Positions 11,959-23,477 of a stretch of 64,000 bases of DNA are shown here, piece after piece. The notes beneath the pieces are model-generated. The model was not told the DNA's origin. It searched no databases and saw nothing but the letters and a program-made list of their open reading frames with translations. Location: assembly GCA_963705725.1 (NCBI GenBank), contig CAVPKM010000007.1:32001-96000 (forward strand), written 5' to 3'. The position numbers and the translations under genes were made by a program. Numbering within the stretch: position 1 is the first letter of the stretch; each line of letters starts with the position of its first letter. The stretch is from an uncultured Gammaproteobacteria bacterium (GTDB lineage: Bacteria; Pseudomonadota; Gammaproteobacteria; UBA6002).

Positions 11959-12297
11959 ATGTTAAAATTTTTAACATTATTCTTGATCTTAATTGCTTTA
12001 AATTGCAGAGCTGCACCAGTTTATTGGGAGCAGGTATTACATTATCGATCAATCCATACCGCACCCAATCGAGTGTTGATCGTTCCTTTAAAAGTCAATT
12101 TAAATACAGCAGATAAAAAAACACTCATGCAACTAAGCGGCATTGGTGATAAAAAAGCTGAGGCTATTATTCATTACCGAGAACAAAAGGGTCCCTTTAA
12201 AAATGTTCAAGAGCTCAGTAAGGTTCAAGGAATAACAAAAAAAATCTTTAAACAAATTATTGAAAATAATAAAAATCTTTTTGAAGACTTGATGTGA
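11959..12297 (+). CDS. comEA: ComEA-family helix-hairpin-helix DNA-binding protein
   Basis: VNLNTA, LSGIGDKKAEAIIHYR, GPFKNVQEL; signal peptide. Confidence 0.85.
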   Translation: MLKFLTLFLILIALNCRAAPVYWEQVLHYRSIHTAPNRVLIVPLKVNLNTADKKTLMQLSGIGDKKAEAIIHYREQKGPFKNVQELSKVQGITKKIFKQIIENNKNLFEDLM

Positions 12298-12306
12298 GCA
12301 AATAAT

Positions 12307-13164
12307 ATGTTAGTAAAAAAAGCGGTTTTTCCTGTTGCAGGTCTTGGCACTCGTTTTTTGCCAGCAACAAAAGCTAATCCTAAAGAGATGTTACCTATTG
12401 TAGACAAACCGTTGATTCAATATGCGGTTGAAGAAGCAATTGTGGCAGGCATCACAGAACTTATTTTTGTAACCAGTATTAGTAAACGGGCAATAGAGGA
12501 TCACTTTGATTCAAATTTTGAATTAGAGTCAAAATTGGCAGAAAGGGGTAAGGCAGAGCTTTTGGCCATTGTCCAAAATATTCTTCCACCTGGAATTTCA
12601 TGTATTTATATTCGACAAACTCATCCATTAGGATTAGGGCATGCAGTGCTATGTGCAAAAAATATTGTGGGTAATGAGCCTTTTGCGGTGTTATTGGCTG
12701 ATGATTTAATTGATTGCGGTGATGCGCAGTGTTTGTCTAAAATGGTAGAAGTTTATGAAAATACCAAATGTGCTGTCATTGCTGCCGAAGAAGTCTTGCC
12801 GAGTGAATCAGATAAGTACGGAATGATAAAATTAAGTCAACAGAATACAATCGAAGCGATTATCGAAAAACCGCCCACCCATGAAGCACCCTCAACGCTT
12901 GCGGCCGTTGGACGTTACATCCTCCCTGCAAGAATTTTTGCACTGCTAGAAACATTAGAGAGAGGAAAGGGCGATGAAATTCAGTTGACTGATGCCATCT
13001 CACTGCTGCTTGAAGAACAAAGCGTGCACGTATTTCAGTTTGAAGGAATTCGTTATGATTGTGGAACAAAACTTGGATATCTTCAGGCAATGGTAGCGCA
13101 GGCATGTAAACATCCAGAAGTTGCTGAAGAATTTAAACAATATTTACGATCATTAAATTTTTAA
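12307..13164 (+). CDS. galU: UTP-glucose-1-phosphate uridylyltransferase
   Basis: KAVFPVAGLGTRFLPATKANPKEMLP, EIQLTDAI. Confidence 0.96.
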   Translation: MLVKKAVFPVAGLGTRFLPATKANPKEMLPIVDKPLIQYAVEEAIVAGITELIFVTSISKRAIEDHFDSNFELESKLAERGKAELLAIVQNILPPGISCIYIRQTHPLGLGHAVLCAKNIVGNEPFAVLLADDLIDCGDAQCLSKMVEVYENTKCAVIAAEEVLPSESDKYGMIKLSQQNTIEAIIEKPPTHEAPSTLAAVGRYILPARIFALLETLERGKGDEIQLTDAISLLLEEQSVHVFQFEGIRYDCGTKLGYLQAMVAQACKHPEVAEEFKQYLRSLNF

Positions 13165-13174
13165 GCACGAATCG

Positions 13175-13807
13175 ATGAGCGCTCCTTTTTTAGAAGTGAT
13201 TAATGTCACCTGTACCCGTCATTTTCAACCATTATTCATGCCCATTTCCTTTAGGCTATATCCAGGTGAAGCATTACATATTTGTGGGGAAAATGGTGTG
13301 GGTAAAAGTACTTTTTTACGTACACTCTCGGGACTTTATACGCAATATGTAGGAAAAATTTTTTGGCAAGAGATGGCGATTGAAGAAGCAGCACATCAAA
13401 AAAAAATTTTTTATTTAGGTCATAAAAACACGATTAAATTAAACTTAACAGTTATCGAAAATCTTAGTCTATCTGCCTCATTGCAAAAAAAAGTCACAAA
13501 GAGAAAAGTGATCAGTACGCTCGATCAAATGGGTTTAACACATAAACAGCTAACCTTAGCAAGTATGCTATCTGCCGGACAAAAACAGCGATTAGCGCTT
13601 GCCAAGTTGTTGCTGACAAAAGCAAAGTTTTGGATTTTAGATGAACCATTTGTTTCTCTCGATCAAGCAGGGATAGCATGCATTCGGCAGATATTAAATT
13701 CCCATCTTGCAGCGGGTGGAATTTGTCTATTTACCTGTCACCAGGTAACGGATGAATTTAGTTATCCTTATCTACAGTTAATAACTCAACAAAGTCGTGA
13801 GTGGTAG
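13175..13807 (+). CDS. ccmA: Heme exporter ATPase
   Basis: GENGVGKST, LSAGQKQR, WILDEPF. Confidence 0.92.
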   Translation: MSAPFLEVINVTCTRHFQPLFMPISFRLYPGEALHICGENGVGKSTFLRTLSGLYTQYVGKIFWQEMAIEEAAHQKKIFYLGHKNTIKLNLTVIENLSLSASLQKKVTKRKVISTLDQMGLTHKQLTLASMLSAGQKQRLALAKLLLTKAKFWILDEPFVSLDQAGIACIRQILNSHLAAGGICLFTCHQVTDEFSYPYLQLITQQSREW

Positions 13808-13810
13808 CGC

Positions 13811-14476
13811 GTGGTTTCATTTTTTATCACAATAAAAAGAGAGATAACTATTGCATTAAGACGAAAAATTGACTACCTCAATCCGCTAGGTTTTTTTCTT
13901 TTAATTATTTTGCTTTTCCCCTTGGCGATTACTTCAGATATAAAAATGCTGGCACTAATTGGTCCTGGGGTAATTTGGATAGGCTTGTTATTTGCCAATT
14001 TATTATCGGTTGAAAATCTTTTTAGCGTAGATTTTGAAGATGGTACTTTAGAGCAGATGTGGCTTAATTCTAATTCATTTATATTAGTGATTTTAGGGAA
14101 ATTAATAGTCTATTGGATATTGACTGCCTTCCCGCTAATTGGGATAAGTGTCTTGGCCGGAATCCTCTATGAGCTAAATATTAAAATTATCTACTTATTA
14201 TTATCAAGTCTGCTGTTAGGATCACCGGTACTTGTCCTATTATCAGCGCTAGGGTCTGCGTTAACCTTGGGGCTTAGAAATAGAGGGTTAGTGCTTATTT
14301 TATTAGTTATCCCACTTTTTATTCCGATTTTAATATTTGGGGCAGGCGCAGTAAATCATGCTGCGCAAGCTATGGCGTTTGAAAGTCAACTATATTTTCT
14401 AGGCGCATTATTAATTTTGGCTCTAACCTTTCTTCCGCTGGCCATTACGTCGGCATTAAAAATCAGTTTAGAGTGA
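13811..14476 (+). CDS. ccmB: Heme exporter permease
   Basis: DFEDGTLEQ, LVIPLFIPILIFG. Confidence 0.93.
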   Translation: MVSFFITIKREITIALRRKIDYLNPLGFFLLIILLFPLAITSDIKMLALIGPGVIWIGLLFANLLSVENLFSVDFEDGTLEQMWLNSNSFILVILGKLIVYWILTAFPLIGISVLAGILYELNIKIIYLLLSSLLLGSPVLVLLSALGSALTLGLRNRGLVLILLVIPLFIPILIFGAGAVNHAAQAMAFESQLYFLGALLILALTFLPLAITSALKISLE

Positions 14477-14735
14477 AAGGTCACTACTCGTCCCAGGAAG
14501 GAAACGGTGCGTTGAACAGACTCTTACCCTGTGAGCAGTCACAATGAAAGAATGAAATTCGGAAAGGTTTGTAAGCTAGACTAGCAAACTGATGTAAGTA
14601 ACTTCACTGGTATCCGCTGTAATTAATTGTAAATTAAGAAAAATTTATAACTCGCGCCTTTTTAATCAATGCATTTTTCCAAGCTATTTTACACTCCTTA
14701 ACTATAATTACGCCATTAAATTTAGGGGAAGCAAT

Positions 14736-16010
14736 ATGGCGACATACAGCGTATATGATAATATTTTGATTAAATTAGAAAATGTGTTTATGAAAGTAGA
14801 GATGGATGTGGATAAGGAACAGTCAGAGCTATTATCAGAACACTTGAGGTTAAATTTTCAACTATCTGATTTAAAAAGCAAAATTGATATCTTAAATTCA
14901 TTGAAGCGCAGTTATGATCTTCACTCTGAAGATAGTGGTGAAATTGAAAAACTGCGTAAAAATATATTTAAAGCTTTATGTGATAAACAGTTGCAACTGC
15001 GCTTTATTCAAGAAAAAGAATTGCTTCTAACCTATTATTCACGGTCACAGTTGTTACAAGATTTGCCGACTGTTATTCAAATAAACCGAGAATTTCGATT
15101 AAGAAAAAGTTTGCTAGAAATTGAGTTATTAGCAAAATTTTTGGCAGATGATAAACGTTTTGCTGAATTTTATCATGAACTGGAAAGGGCAAATGAAATA
15201 TTTGATTTAGCGGTTGAATCCGGGGCAAATGATAAATTAGAAAATGCCCTCTCGCTATTCCAACGTTTTTTTGAAAAAGTCTGTCACTTTTTTAATTTAG
15301 AGTCCTCCTTAGTGGAGGAATTTAAACAGTTTAAAACTCAGATCTCTTTGCAAGCAAATTCAGTTTTAGGATTAACTGCTAAAGATTTGGACAGTCTGGA
15401 AGCTTTTTCTTATGTTTATCAAGATATCGCAAATAAACGAATCAGCTTGGAACTTGAAACAGATAAATTATTTTATCAATACAGCATGTTTCAAAATGGT
15501 AAAAGCATTATTCAAGCGGAGATAAAAAATACGCATGGAGAGCTTGAAAGTATTTTATTCAAAGAATATGCGATTAAGCAAAAAATGAAAGAGCTTAAGC
15601 AGTATAAAATAGAACTAAATCATCAAAAAGAAGATTTCATGAAAGATCCTACTGTCGATGGCTATGCCGAGGCCATGCGCCAACTGGAGCAGGTTGAAAC
15701 GCGTTTCAGAAGACTGATGATGCACAAAAACTTTGAAAAACCTTCGCTAGTATCAAGATTTTTTGCAGTGAATAGAACGAAAAAAATTAAAAAAAATGAA
15801 AGAACTTATTATAACAAAAATCTCTTCCAAATACTGCATAACAGCCGCGTGACCACTCAAGATAAAATGATTATCTTGAGACTTTCAAAACCCTCTAAAG
15901 TGATTAATACCTCAACGGGTAAGCTTTTTTATCAACGCACGAACAAGTTAAGATCGCTAAAAAGCTTAGAACAAACTATTTCTAGCCTTCAATCAAAAAA
16001 TTTACATTAG
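14736..16010 (+). CDS. Hypothetical coiled-coil protein (possible secreted effector)
   Basis: 424-aa E/K/L-rich ORF with no recognisable motif. Confidence 0.6.
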   Translation: MATYSVYDNILIKLENVFMKVEMDVDKEQSELLSEHLRLNFQLSDLKSKIDILNSLKRSYDLHSEDSGEIEKLRKNIFKALCDKQLQLRFIQEKELLLTYYSRSQLLQDLPTVIQINREFRLRKSLLEIELLAKFLADDKRFAEFYHELERANEIFDLAVESGANDKLENALSLFQRFFEKVCHFFNLESSLVEEFKQFKTQISLQANSVLGLTAKDLDSLEAFSYVYQDIANKRISLELETDKLFYQYSMFQNGKSIIQAEIKNTHGELESILFKEYAIKQKMKELKQYKIELNHQKEDFMKDPTVDGYAEAMRQLEQVETRFRRLMMHKNFEKPSLVSRFFAVNRTKKIKKNERTYYNKNLFQILHNSRVTTQDKMIILRLSKPSKVINTSTGKLFYQRTNKLRSLKSLEQTISSLQSKNLH

Positions 16011-16018
16011 CCAATAAG

Positions 16019-16040
16019 GCGGTAAATGAAAATTTACCGC
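16019..16040. terminator. Hairpin between convergent genes
   Basis: gcggtaaat-gaaa-atttaccgc. Confidence 0.6.
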
Positions 16041-16045
16041 TGAGC

Positions 16046-16198
16046 CTAAATCCTTCCTGATAAGAGAAGTATCAATAATATAATAAAAATAACTCCTAAA
16101 ATACCAGTCGGATAATAACCCCAACCTCGACTATGAGGCCAAGCAGGAAAGGCGCCTATTGCTAATATAATTAGAATAATCAATAATATAGTAATCAT
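16046..16198 (-). CDS. DUF3309-family small membrane protein (50 aa)
   Basis: MITILLIILIILAIGAFPAWPHSRGWGYYPTGILGVIFIIILILLLSGRI*; not in ORF track. Confidence 0.85.
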   Translation of the reverse strand: MITILLIILIILAIGAFPAWPHSRGWGYYPTGILGVIFIILLILLLSGRI

Positions 16199-16260
16199 AT
16201 TTAATGCTCCTATTTTAAAAAAATTATAGTACTTTTTATCTAGTATTATTAGTTTTTTTA

Positions 16261-17358
16261 TTAAGAAGCCGCAAATCTAGCAACCCTATCAAGCTGCGCA
16301 ACAACCTTGTTTCCCATCTCACAGGTGGATAACAACATTCCCTCAGCAGTCATCATATCTTTTGTTCTAAATCCTTCATCCAAAATAGTCGTCACTGCCG
16401 TTTGAATCATTTGCGCTTCTTGATCCAGTTTAAACGAGTATTTGAACATCATGGCGACACTTAATATGGCAGCCAGTGGATTGGCGATATTTAGTCCTGC
16501 AATATCAGGAGCACTGCCGTGGATCGGTTCGTACAAGGAGTAATGCTCGCCGAAAGAAGCCGATGGCAGCATGCCGAGTGATCCGGTCAACATTGATGCT
16601 TCATCTGATAAAATATCACCGAACAAATTTGCCGTAAGCATGACATCAAATTGTTTTGGATTACGGATCAACTGCATGGCCGCATTATCCACATACATAT
16701 TTGAAAGACTGATATCTGGATAGTCATGATCTCGTATCGCTTGCACCGTATTTCGCCACAACATCGAGGTTTCCAGTACGTTCGCTTTATCAACCGAGCA
16801 CACCTGATTATTCCGAAGTCTCGCCAATTCAAAGGCAACACGGGCTATTCGCTCAATTTCAGATTTCGAATAGCGCATGGTGTTAATACCAACCTCTTGG
16901 CCGTCAACAAGGCTAATACCGCGCGGTTCACCAAAATACACATCTCCGGTCAACTCGCGAACAATCATTAAATCCAGACCATTAATACACGCTGATTTTA
17001 ATGGCGATGATTCTGCCAGTGCTTGAAAAACAATGACAGGTCTTAAATTGGCAAAAAGACCCAATCCCTGACGGATACCCAGCAATCCCTTCTCGGGTTT
17101 ATGTGTATTTTCAACATGATCCCATTTCGGCCCGCCAACGGCACCCAACAAAATGCTATCCGATTTTTTGGCAGTTGCCATGGTCTCTTTATCTAACGGT
17201 TCGCCGCTATGATCAATCGATGCTCCACCGATTAAGCCATGAATTAAATTAAAGTGGTGCGCTGAATTTTGGTTAAACCACTGCAAAACCTTAACACCTT
17301 CTGCAGTCACTTCCGGGCCAATGCCATCACCGGGTAAAACCAGAATGGTTTTATTCAT
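16261..17358 (-). CDS. leuB: 3-isopropylmalate dehydrogenase
   Basis: LPGDGIGPEV, NLFGDILSDEA, YEPIHGSAPDIAG. Confidence 0.96.
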   Translation of the reverse strand: MNKTILVLPGDGIGPEVTAEGVKVLQWFNQNSAHHFNLIHGLIGGASIDHSGEPLDKETMATAKKSDSILLGAVGGPKWDHVENTHKPEKGLLGIRQGLGLFANLRPVIVFQALAESSPLKSACINGLDLMIVRELTGDVYFGEPRGISLVDGQEVGINTMRYSKSEIERIARVAFELARLRNNQVCSVDKANVLETSMLWRNTVQAIRDHDYPDISLSNMYVDNAAMQLIRNPKQFDVMLTANLFGDILSDEASMLTGSLGMLPSASFGEHYSLYEPIHGSAPDIAGLNIANPLAAILSVAMMFKYSFKLDQEAQMIQTAVTTILDEGFRTKDMMTAEGMLLSTCEMGNKVVAQLDRVARFAAS

Positions 17359-17965
17359 GAATAACTCCTTCAAACAGCCAGGGTTGCGCTATTTTTTGTT
17401 GGTTTTCAAACACCGATATCACCTCTTCATAGGCCAATGTTTCGCCAATTTCATCCAATCCCTTGAGCAAGGTTTCCCGGCGCCAGGCATCAATACAAAA
17501 AGGTATTTCCAGTGTATCAACACGGATGATTTGAGATTCCAAATCGACTGTCACCAGGTTATTGTTTCGCTCAACAAGCCGTTGGATGTGCGCTTTTGGC
17601 AGGACAACAGGCAGCAAGCCGTTTTTAAAACAATTACTATAAAATATATCAGCAAAGCTTGGGGCTATGATCACCTGAATTCCGAAATCAAGTAAAGACC
17701 ACACAGCATGCTCGCGACTTGAGCCACAGCCAAAATTTTCCTCAGCCAACAAAATCCTCGTCTGTTGGAAGTTTGGCTGATTCAAAATGAAATCGCGTTT
17801 TGGCTGATTCGCTTCATCGTAACGCATTTCAGCAAATAACCAAGTTCCCAATCCCGTGCGTTTTATCGTTTTAAGGTATTGCTTGGGTATAATCATATCG
17901 GTATCAATATTTGCAACGGGCAAATAAGCCATAACACTTGTGATTGTTTTAAATGCTTGCATCAT
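17351..17965 (-). CDS. leuD: Isopropylmalate isomerase small subunit
   Basis: [33 protein letters not shown]. Confidence 0.96.
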   Translation of the reverse strand: MMQAFKTITSVMAYLPVANIDTDMIIPKQYLKTIKRTGLGTWLFAEMRYDEANQPKRDFILNQPNFQQTRILLAEENFGCGSSREHAVWSLLDFGIQVIIAPSFADIFYSNCFKNGLLPVVLPKAHIQRLVERNNNLVTVDLESQIIRVDTLEIPFCIDAWRRETLLKGLDEIGETLAYEEVISVFENQQKIAQPWLFEGVIHE

Positions 17966-19368
17966 CGACCTCCTTTTATCGTTCTGACATCGGTTAACTT
18001 TCCTGTAATTGCCGCGGCGGCGGCCATTGCTGGACTCATCAAATGCGTACGACCCCCGCGTCCTTGACGACCTTCAAAATTACGATTGGACGTTGATGCG
18101 CAACGCTCCCCTGGGTTTAAGCGGTCTGCATTCATGGCTAAACACATGGAACAACCAGGCTCTCGCCAATCAAAACCTGCGGCAATAAAAATTTTATCCA
18201 GCCCTTCTGCTTCGGCTTGCTCTTTCACAAGTCCTGAGCCAGGTACAACCATGGCATCAACCCTTTCGGCAACGGTGTGGCCTTGAATAACCAGGGCTGC
18301 CGCACGCAAATCCTCGATACGCGCATTGGTGCAGGAGCCGATAAATACCTTGTTTATTTTAATAGCTTGCAAAGGCATGCCAGGCGTCAAGCCCATGTAA
18401 TCTAGGGCACGCACCATGGAATCTCGTCTGATGGGATCAGATTCTTTCGATGGGTAGGGCACATGGCCATCAATTGGCAATGCTGTTTCAGGACTGGTTC
18501 CCCACGTTACATAAGGGGTAAGCATATCGGCTTGCAGCGAGATGTCTTTATCATATTTCGCATCAATATCTGCATGGAGAGTTCGCCAGAAATCAGTAGC
18601 TTTATCCCACAATACGCCTTGAGGCGAATAAGGTTTACCACGCAAGTAATCACAAGTTACCTGATCCGGGGCTATCAAACCGGCTCGTGCTCCGGCTTCT
18701 ATGGCCATATTACAAATGGTCATTCTGGCTTCCATTGACAGTGCCTTGATTGCAGAACCCGTGAATTCAATGACATGCCCGGTGCCACCTGCCGTCCCGA
18801 TCTTTGCGATGATCGCCAGAATGATATCTTTTGCCGTCACACCAAAAGGTATATTTCCCTCAACACAGACGCGCATGTTTTTTGATTTTTTTAATACCAG
18901 GGTTTGTGTTGCAAAAACATGCTCTACTTCGCTTGTTCCAATACCAAATGCCAAAGCACCAAAGGCACCGTGCGTTGAAGTATGGCTATCACCGCACACA
19001 ATAGTGGTACCTGGCAATGTAAAACCCTGCTCTGGCCCAATGATATGAACAATCCCTTGTCGTTTATCCAAAAGCTCAATGTAGTGGATCCCGTGTTGGT
19101 TACAATTGTCTTGCAACAGGCTAACTTGTACCCGAGACTCATCATCGATTATGCCCATGCGGCGATTGTGAGTAGGTACATTGTGGTCGCTAACAGCTAA
19201 AATGGTCTCCGGGCGCCGAATTTTTCGACCAGCAACGGCCAAGCCTTCAAACGCTTGTGGGCTGGTGACTTCATGAATCAAGTGTCTGTCAATATAAATA
19301 ATCGACGTGCAATCAGGTTTATCGCACACTTGATGTTGCTCCCAAATCTTGTCATATAACGTTTTCAT
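17962..19368 (-). CDS. leuC: Isopropylmalate isomerase large subunit
   Basis: [43 protein letters not shown]. Confidence 0.96.
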   Translation of the reverse strand: MKTLYDKIWEQHQVCDKPDCTSIIYIDRHLIHEVTSPQAFEGLAVAGRKIRRPETILAVSDHNVPTHNRRMGIIDDESRVQVSLLQDNCNQHGIHYIELLDKRQGIVHIIGPEQGFTLPGTTIVCGDSHTSTHGAFGALAFGIGTSEVEHVFATQTLVLKKSKNMRVCVEGNIPFGVTAKDIILAIIAKIGTAGGTGHVIEFTGSAIKALSMEARMTICNMAIEAGARAGLIAPDQVTCDYLRGKPYSPQGVLWDKATDFWRTLHADIDAKYDKDISLQADMLTPYVTWGTSPETALPIDGHVPYPSKESDPIRRDSMVRALDYMGLTPGMPLQAIKINKVFIGSCTNARIEDLRAAALVIQGHTVAERVDAMVVPGSGLVKEQAEAEGLDKIFIAAGFDWREPGCSMCLAMNADRLNPGERCASTSNRNFEGRQGRGGRTHLMSPAMAAAAAITGKLTDVRTIKGGR

Positions 19369-21418
19369 CGTCACTCCCATTTTCCCTAACCAAATGTTCA
19401 TAGGCTTGAATAATGATTTTGGTTATCTTTCCTATCTCAAAACATCGATCGCCAATCTGTGAAACTGGTGTAACTTCAACCGCACTTCCCGTAATGAATA
19501 CCTCATTCGCATCCAGCACTTCATCAGGATATATATGACGTTCAATAACAGGGATATGATAGCATCGCGCAATCGCGATAACTGTCTGTCGCGTAATGCC
19601 ATTCAAAAAACAATCAGCAATGGGCGTGTGAATTACGCCGTTCTTAACCATAAAGAAATTAGCCCCCGTGCATTCAGCAACGTAGCCGCGATAATCCAGC
19701 ATCAAGGCGTCATGAAAACCGGCCTGTTCGGCTTTGTTCTTGCTCAAAGAACCAATCATATACAGCCCAGCTGCCTTTGCCGTGACCGGCGCCGTTGAAG
19801 GAGAGGGACGGGTCCAGTCGGACCACATTAGTTTCAATCCATGTTTCATGCTATTTTCATCGGAAAAATAGGATGTCCATTGCCAAGCTGCAATCGCCAC
19901 ATGGACGTTACACGAATGAGATGCAACACTCATGGTTTCCTCACCGCACCAGGCAATCGGTCGAATGTAAGCATCCTGCAAGTTATTTTTACGAATTATT
20001 TCTTCCGTAATGGCATTTAATTCAGCAACGGAATAAGGAATGTTAAATCCCAACTCATTGGCTGAATGATGCAAGCGTTCATTATGCTGATTCAACTTGA
20101 AGACCTTACCATTGTATGCGCGTGCACCTTCAAAAACCGCGCTAGCATAATGCAACCCATGAGTCAAAACAGAAACCTGTGCATCATTCCACGGGATGAA
20201 TTCACCGTCCATCCAGATCACGCCTTTTTGCTGATGAGTGATACTTTTAACCGGTGAGGTTTGTCCATCAATCAAAGCCATAATGTCAGCATCTGAAATA
20301 TCTTTCTGGGCATCGCCCAATGCTTTGAATTGTTTAAACAGCTTACTAAAAGCCTCGTCTTCAACATTGATTTTCAAGGTCGTTAATTTATTCCGAAATG
20401 CAGCGCGTCCTGAATGTTTGCCCATGCTCAATGTAGATTGCGTGATGCCAACGGATTCGGGCGTCATGATTTCATACGTTTCACGACACTTCAGCATGCC
20501 ATCCTGGTGAATACCAGATTCATGCGCAAATGCATTTGCACCGACAATAGCCTTGTTTTTTTGCACCACAAACCCACTCGCCGCTGAAACCAGTTTGGAA
20601 ATTTCAGCGATGTAGGTTGGATCAATGTTTATCGTGAAAGGAAACTGATCCTGTCTGGTTTTAATGGCCATGACAATTTCTTCCAGCGCAGCATTCCCTG
20701 CGCGTTCTCCAATGCCATTAATAGTGCATTCAATTTGCCGGGCACCCGCACTGATTGCAGCCAGTGAATTGGCAACAGCCATCCCCAGATCATTATGACA
20801 ATGGACAGACAGAATGGCTTTATCGATATTTGGCACCTTATTTTTGATTACTTTGATCAAATCACTGTATTCAATTGGAGTAGAATATCCAACCGTATCT
20901 GGAATATTGATGGTTCTTGCCCCAGCCTGAATGGCAATTTCAACAGCGCGCGTTAGAAAATCGATGTTTGACCGCGTTGCATCCATTGCAGACCACTCAA
21001 CGTCATCACAATAATGTCGTGCTGCACGAACTGATGTCTGAATTGCGTCCAATGCCTCATCATGGGTCATTCTGAACTGATGTTTCAAATGCATATCGGA
21101 TGTGGAAATGAACGTATGAATTCTCGGCCGCGCAGCTGATTTAACAGCGTGACCAGCAGCTTCAATATCCGCAATTTTTGCCCTTGCCAAGCTACTCACC
21201 GTTGCATTTTTTACCATCTTGCAAATCTGTTCAATGCATTGAAAATCACCCGTTGATGCGGCAGCAAACCCAGCTTCAATCACATCGACACCCATGCAAT
21301 CCAATGCACTAGCAATTTCAATTTTCTGACTCATCGTCATCGTGGCGCCAGGAGCTTGTTCTCCATCCCTCAATGTTGTATCCAGTATCATAATTTTATT
21401 TTGTGTATTCTGTTTCAT
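19352..21418 (-). CDS. leuA: Fusion: 2-isopropylmalate synthase catalytic domain + branched-chain aminotransferase (LeuA-IlvE)
   Basis: [34 protein letters not shown], then [43 protein letters not shown]. Confidence 0.92.
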   Translation of the reverse strand: MKQNTQNKIMILDTTLRDGEQAPGATMTMSQKIEIASALDCMGVDVIEAGFAAASTGDFQCIEQICKMVKNATVSSLARAKIADIEAAGHAVKSAARPRIHTFISTSDMHLKHQFRMTHDEALDAIQTSVRAARHYCDDVEWSAMDATRSNIDFLTRAVEIAIQAGARTINIPDTVGYSTPIEYSDLIKVIKNKVPNIDKAILSVHCHNDLGMAVANSLAAISAGARQIECTINGIGERAGNAALEEIVMAIKTRQDQFPFTINIDPTYIAEISKLVSAASGFVVQKNKAIVGANAFAHESGIHQDGMLKCRETYEIMTPESVGITQSTLSMGKHSGRAAFRNKLTTLKINVEDEAFSKLFKQFKALGDAQKDISDADIMALIDGQTSPVKSITHQQKGVIWMDGEFIPWNDAQVSVLTHGLHYASAVFEGARAYNGKVFKLNQHNERLHHSANELGFNIPYSVAELNAITEEIIRKNNLQDAYIRPIAWCGEETMSVASHSCNVHVAIAAWQWTSYFSDENSMKHGLKLMWSDWTRPSPSTAPVTAKAAGLYMIGSLSKNKAEQAGFHDALMLDYRGYVAECTGANFFMVKNGVIHTPIADCFLNGITRQTVIAIARCYHIPVIERHIYPDEVLDANEVFITGSAVEVTPVSQIGDRCFEIGKITKIIIQAYEHLVRENGSDDENVI

Positions 21419-21597
21419 GCTATTTACCTCTTTTCGAAGATAAAAAACCATTTTAACAAATTATGATTGAAAGATGGTTGCGATCATTGCTTGAAAATGG
21501 GGGATAAAGGAAATATAATTTCAATTATAATTGTTTATTTGAAATTAAATTCTAAATAACTGATTTTTCAAAGAAAGGGCAGGGGTGGCATTTTTTT

Positions 21598-22080
21598 ATG
21601 GATCGCATTGACAAAAAAATTTTAGAGCTATTGCAAGCAAATGGTCGCATCAGTAATCAGGAATTAGCAGATCAGGTGGCACTATCACCCTCACCCTGTT
21701 TACGTCGTGTTAAACAACTGGAAGAAGACGGTTACATCCGTGGCTATGTTGCATTACTCGACCCCGCTAAAATAGGGTTGCAATTGACAATTATAGTCTC
21801 GGTGACCCTGGTTAACCATGATCCAAAAGTAATGAAGCACTTTGAGGCTACAGTCGCCGCCTTCCCAGAAGTAATACAATGCTATCTCATTACAGGACAA
21901 TCTGCCGATTACCTTATAAAGGTGGTAGTCGCTAATCTGAACGAATATCAATCTTTTTTATTAAAAAAGCTAACAATTATTGATGGTGTCAATCAGGTGC
22001 ACTCCAGTTTTGTTTTGCAACGCATCGTTGATAGAACATCACTCCCACTGGATCATTTGAATGAGCAGCCTGGTAACTAA
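21598..22080 (+). CDS. lrp: Lrp/AsnC-family regulator, divergent from leu operon
   Basis: LQANGRISNQELADQVALSPSPCLRRVKQLE. Confidence 0.9.
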   Translation: MDRIDKKILELLQANGRISNQELADQVALSPSPCLRRVKQLEEDGYIRGYVALLDPAKIGLQLTIIVSVTLVNHDPKVMKHFEATVAAFPEVIQCYLITGQSADYLIKVVVANLNEYQSFLLKKLTIIDGVNQVHSSFVLQRIVDRTSLPLDHLNEQPGN

Positions 22081-22084
22081 CGAA

Positions 22085-22125
22085 TGGTTTTTTAGGACCA
22101 TAGCGGAGGCTAAGCGGGAAAGGCG
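22085..22125 (+). repeat. 41-bp direct repeat, left of hipBA
   Basis: 39/41 identical to 23802-23842. Confidence 0.9.
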
Positions 22126-22148
22126 AAAAAACTTTAATGAGAAGGTGC

Positions 22149-23477
22149 TTATGCTTCAAGCTTTTTCTTTACTTCGAGCATGCCTTCAAAAATCGGTTGG
22201 TAAATTTGTGTAGGAAAGGTACTTGGTAGTTGTGATTCTACCTTACTAATTACTTGATCAACCCTTGCGAGCAGGCTATCGATGAGAACTGAGGCAGTAG
22301 CCATTGAATAATTTGCAGCTTTTGCTGTCATTAAGAAATGACGGCGTTGTAGAGTATGCCAAGAATAATGGTTATTATTTCCTTTTAGTGCCATTGCCAT
22401 TTTTAATTTTTGTTTCGCTAGTTGCTTCTTTGCAACTAATGGGTAGGCAGATATGATGTCGTATAAGGGGGTGAGGCGGTATCTCCCGCCAGCTTCTAAA
22501 AAAATGCTGAAATTTTTTGCGTGACCATCAATTGCCCCGAGTAACCAAAATAATATTTGAGATTTAAAAAATATTTCACGATCATCATTGGAGTTATCTG
22601 ACCCTAGCAAGGTATCCATTATTTGAGATATTCCCGGACCTCCTTCAGATTGATATTTTATGCTAGGAGAGATGCCCTGCGTTTGGCACATGTCCTCTTG
22701 AGGTAATCGCATTATCCAGCTTTTATCGCTTGATAATCCGCGGTCAAATCGTTCGACGATTAATACTTTTACCTCTTCAAATTTACGTATACTAGTTTTT
22801 GCAACGGGCAAATCAAATGCTTCTGCAATTTTAGAGCATAACCACTCATTTTCACAGCTATCGCCTAGGTCCATTTGCTGATGCTGAAGATATCCAATTG
22901 GCAATTTAAAGATATGTGTTGTTGGTGTGGTATTAAGGGGCCGACACCATTCTTTTTTATAGAAAAGAAATGCTGTTTTTTCTTGTGCTCCCGCAATTGA
23001 AATACGAAATGCGTCATTTTTACCCTTCATACCAAGAGGGTAGAGCTGGTGATTTCTAAGTAATGCGGCTATTTGCGCTTCTGTCAATACTTCATATTGT
23101 ATTTCTCTTTTAAAGCTTTGAACTTCTTCCGTAACCATTTGAATAGCGCCTACACAATCTTTCCCTATGCTTGCTAATAAATCAAAAGGATGTGTCGTTG
23201 CCGTTTGAAATTCAGCCTGTATTCTTGCTCGTACTTGTGGATTTTCAGGAAGTAAATTATCAAAAAAATTATAAACAATATCCCCTGAAAAAACCTTGTT
23301 ACTGAGTGGGAGAGATAAGGATATAGAGCGCGCCGCTGATGTTTCCAGCCATTCTTGAGTATATTGATATATCAGTGCGCCTTTTGAAGTTTTTGTTAGC
23401 CTGCCGATTAATTTCCCATTCATTAATATATAAAGTATTCTGGTCTTATTTTTATTTGCTACCACTCTTCTTTCCAT
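22149..23477 (-). CDS. hipA: HipA toxin kinase
   Basis: FFDNLLP, RISIAGAQEKTA, TTHIFKLP, ENEW, DGHAKNFS, PLYD. Confidence 0.95.
   Translation of the reverse strand: MERRVVANKNKTRILYILMNGKLIGRLTKTSKGALIYQYTQEWLETSAARSISLSLPLSNKVFSGDIVYNFFDNLLPENPQVRARIQAEFQTATTHPFDLLASIGKDCVGAIQMVTEEVQSFKREIQYEVLTEAQIAALLRNHQLYPLGMKGKNDAFRISIAGAQEKTAFLFYKKEWCRPLNTTPTTHIFKLPIGYLQHQQMDLGDSCENEWLCSKIAEAFDLPVAKTSIRKFEEVKVLIVERFDRGLSSDKSWIMRLPQEDMCQTQGISPSIKYQSEGGPGISQIMDTLLGSDNSNDDREIFFKSQILFWLLGAIDGHAKNFSIFLEAGGRYRLTPLYDIISAYPLVAKKQLAKQKLKMAMALKGNNNHYSWHTLQRRHFLMTAKAANYSMATASVLIDSLLARVDQVISKVESQLPSTFPTQIYQPIFEGMLEVKKKLEA

Noticed and set aside
14477-14640. Possible ncRNA or intron fragment after ccmB
   Set aside because: No convincing stems or recognisable motif
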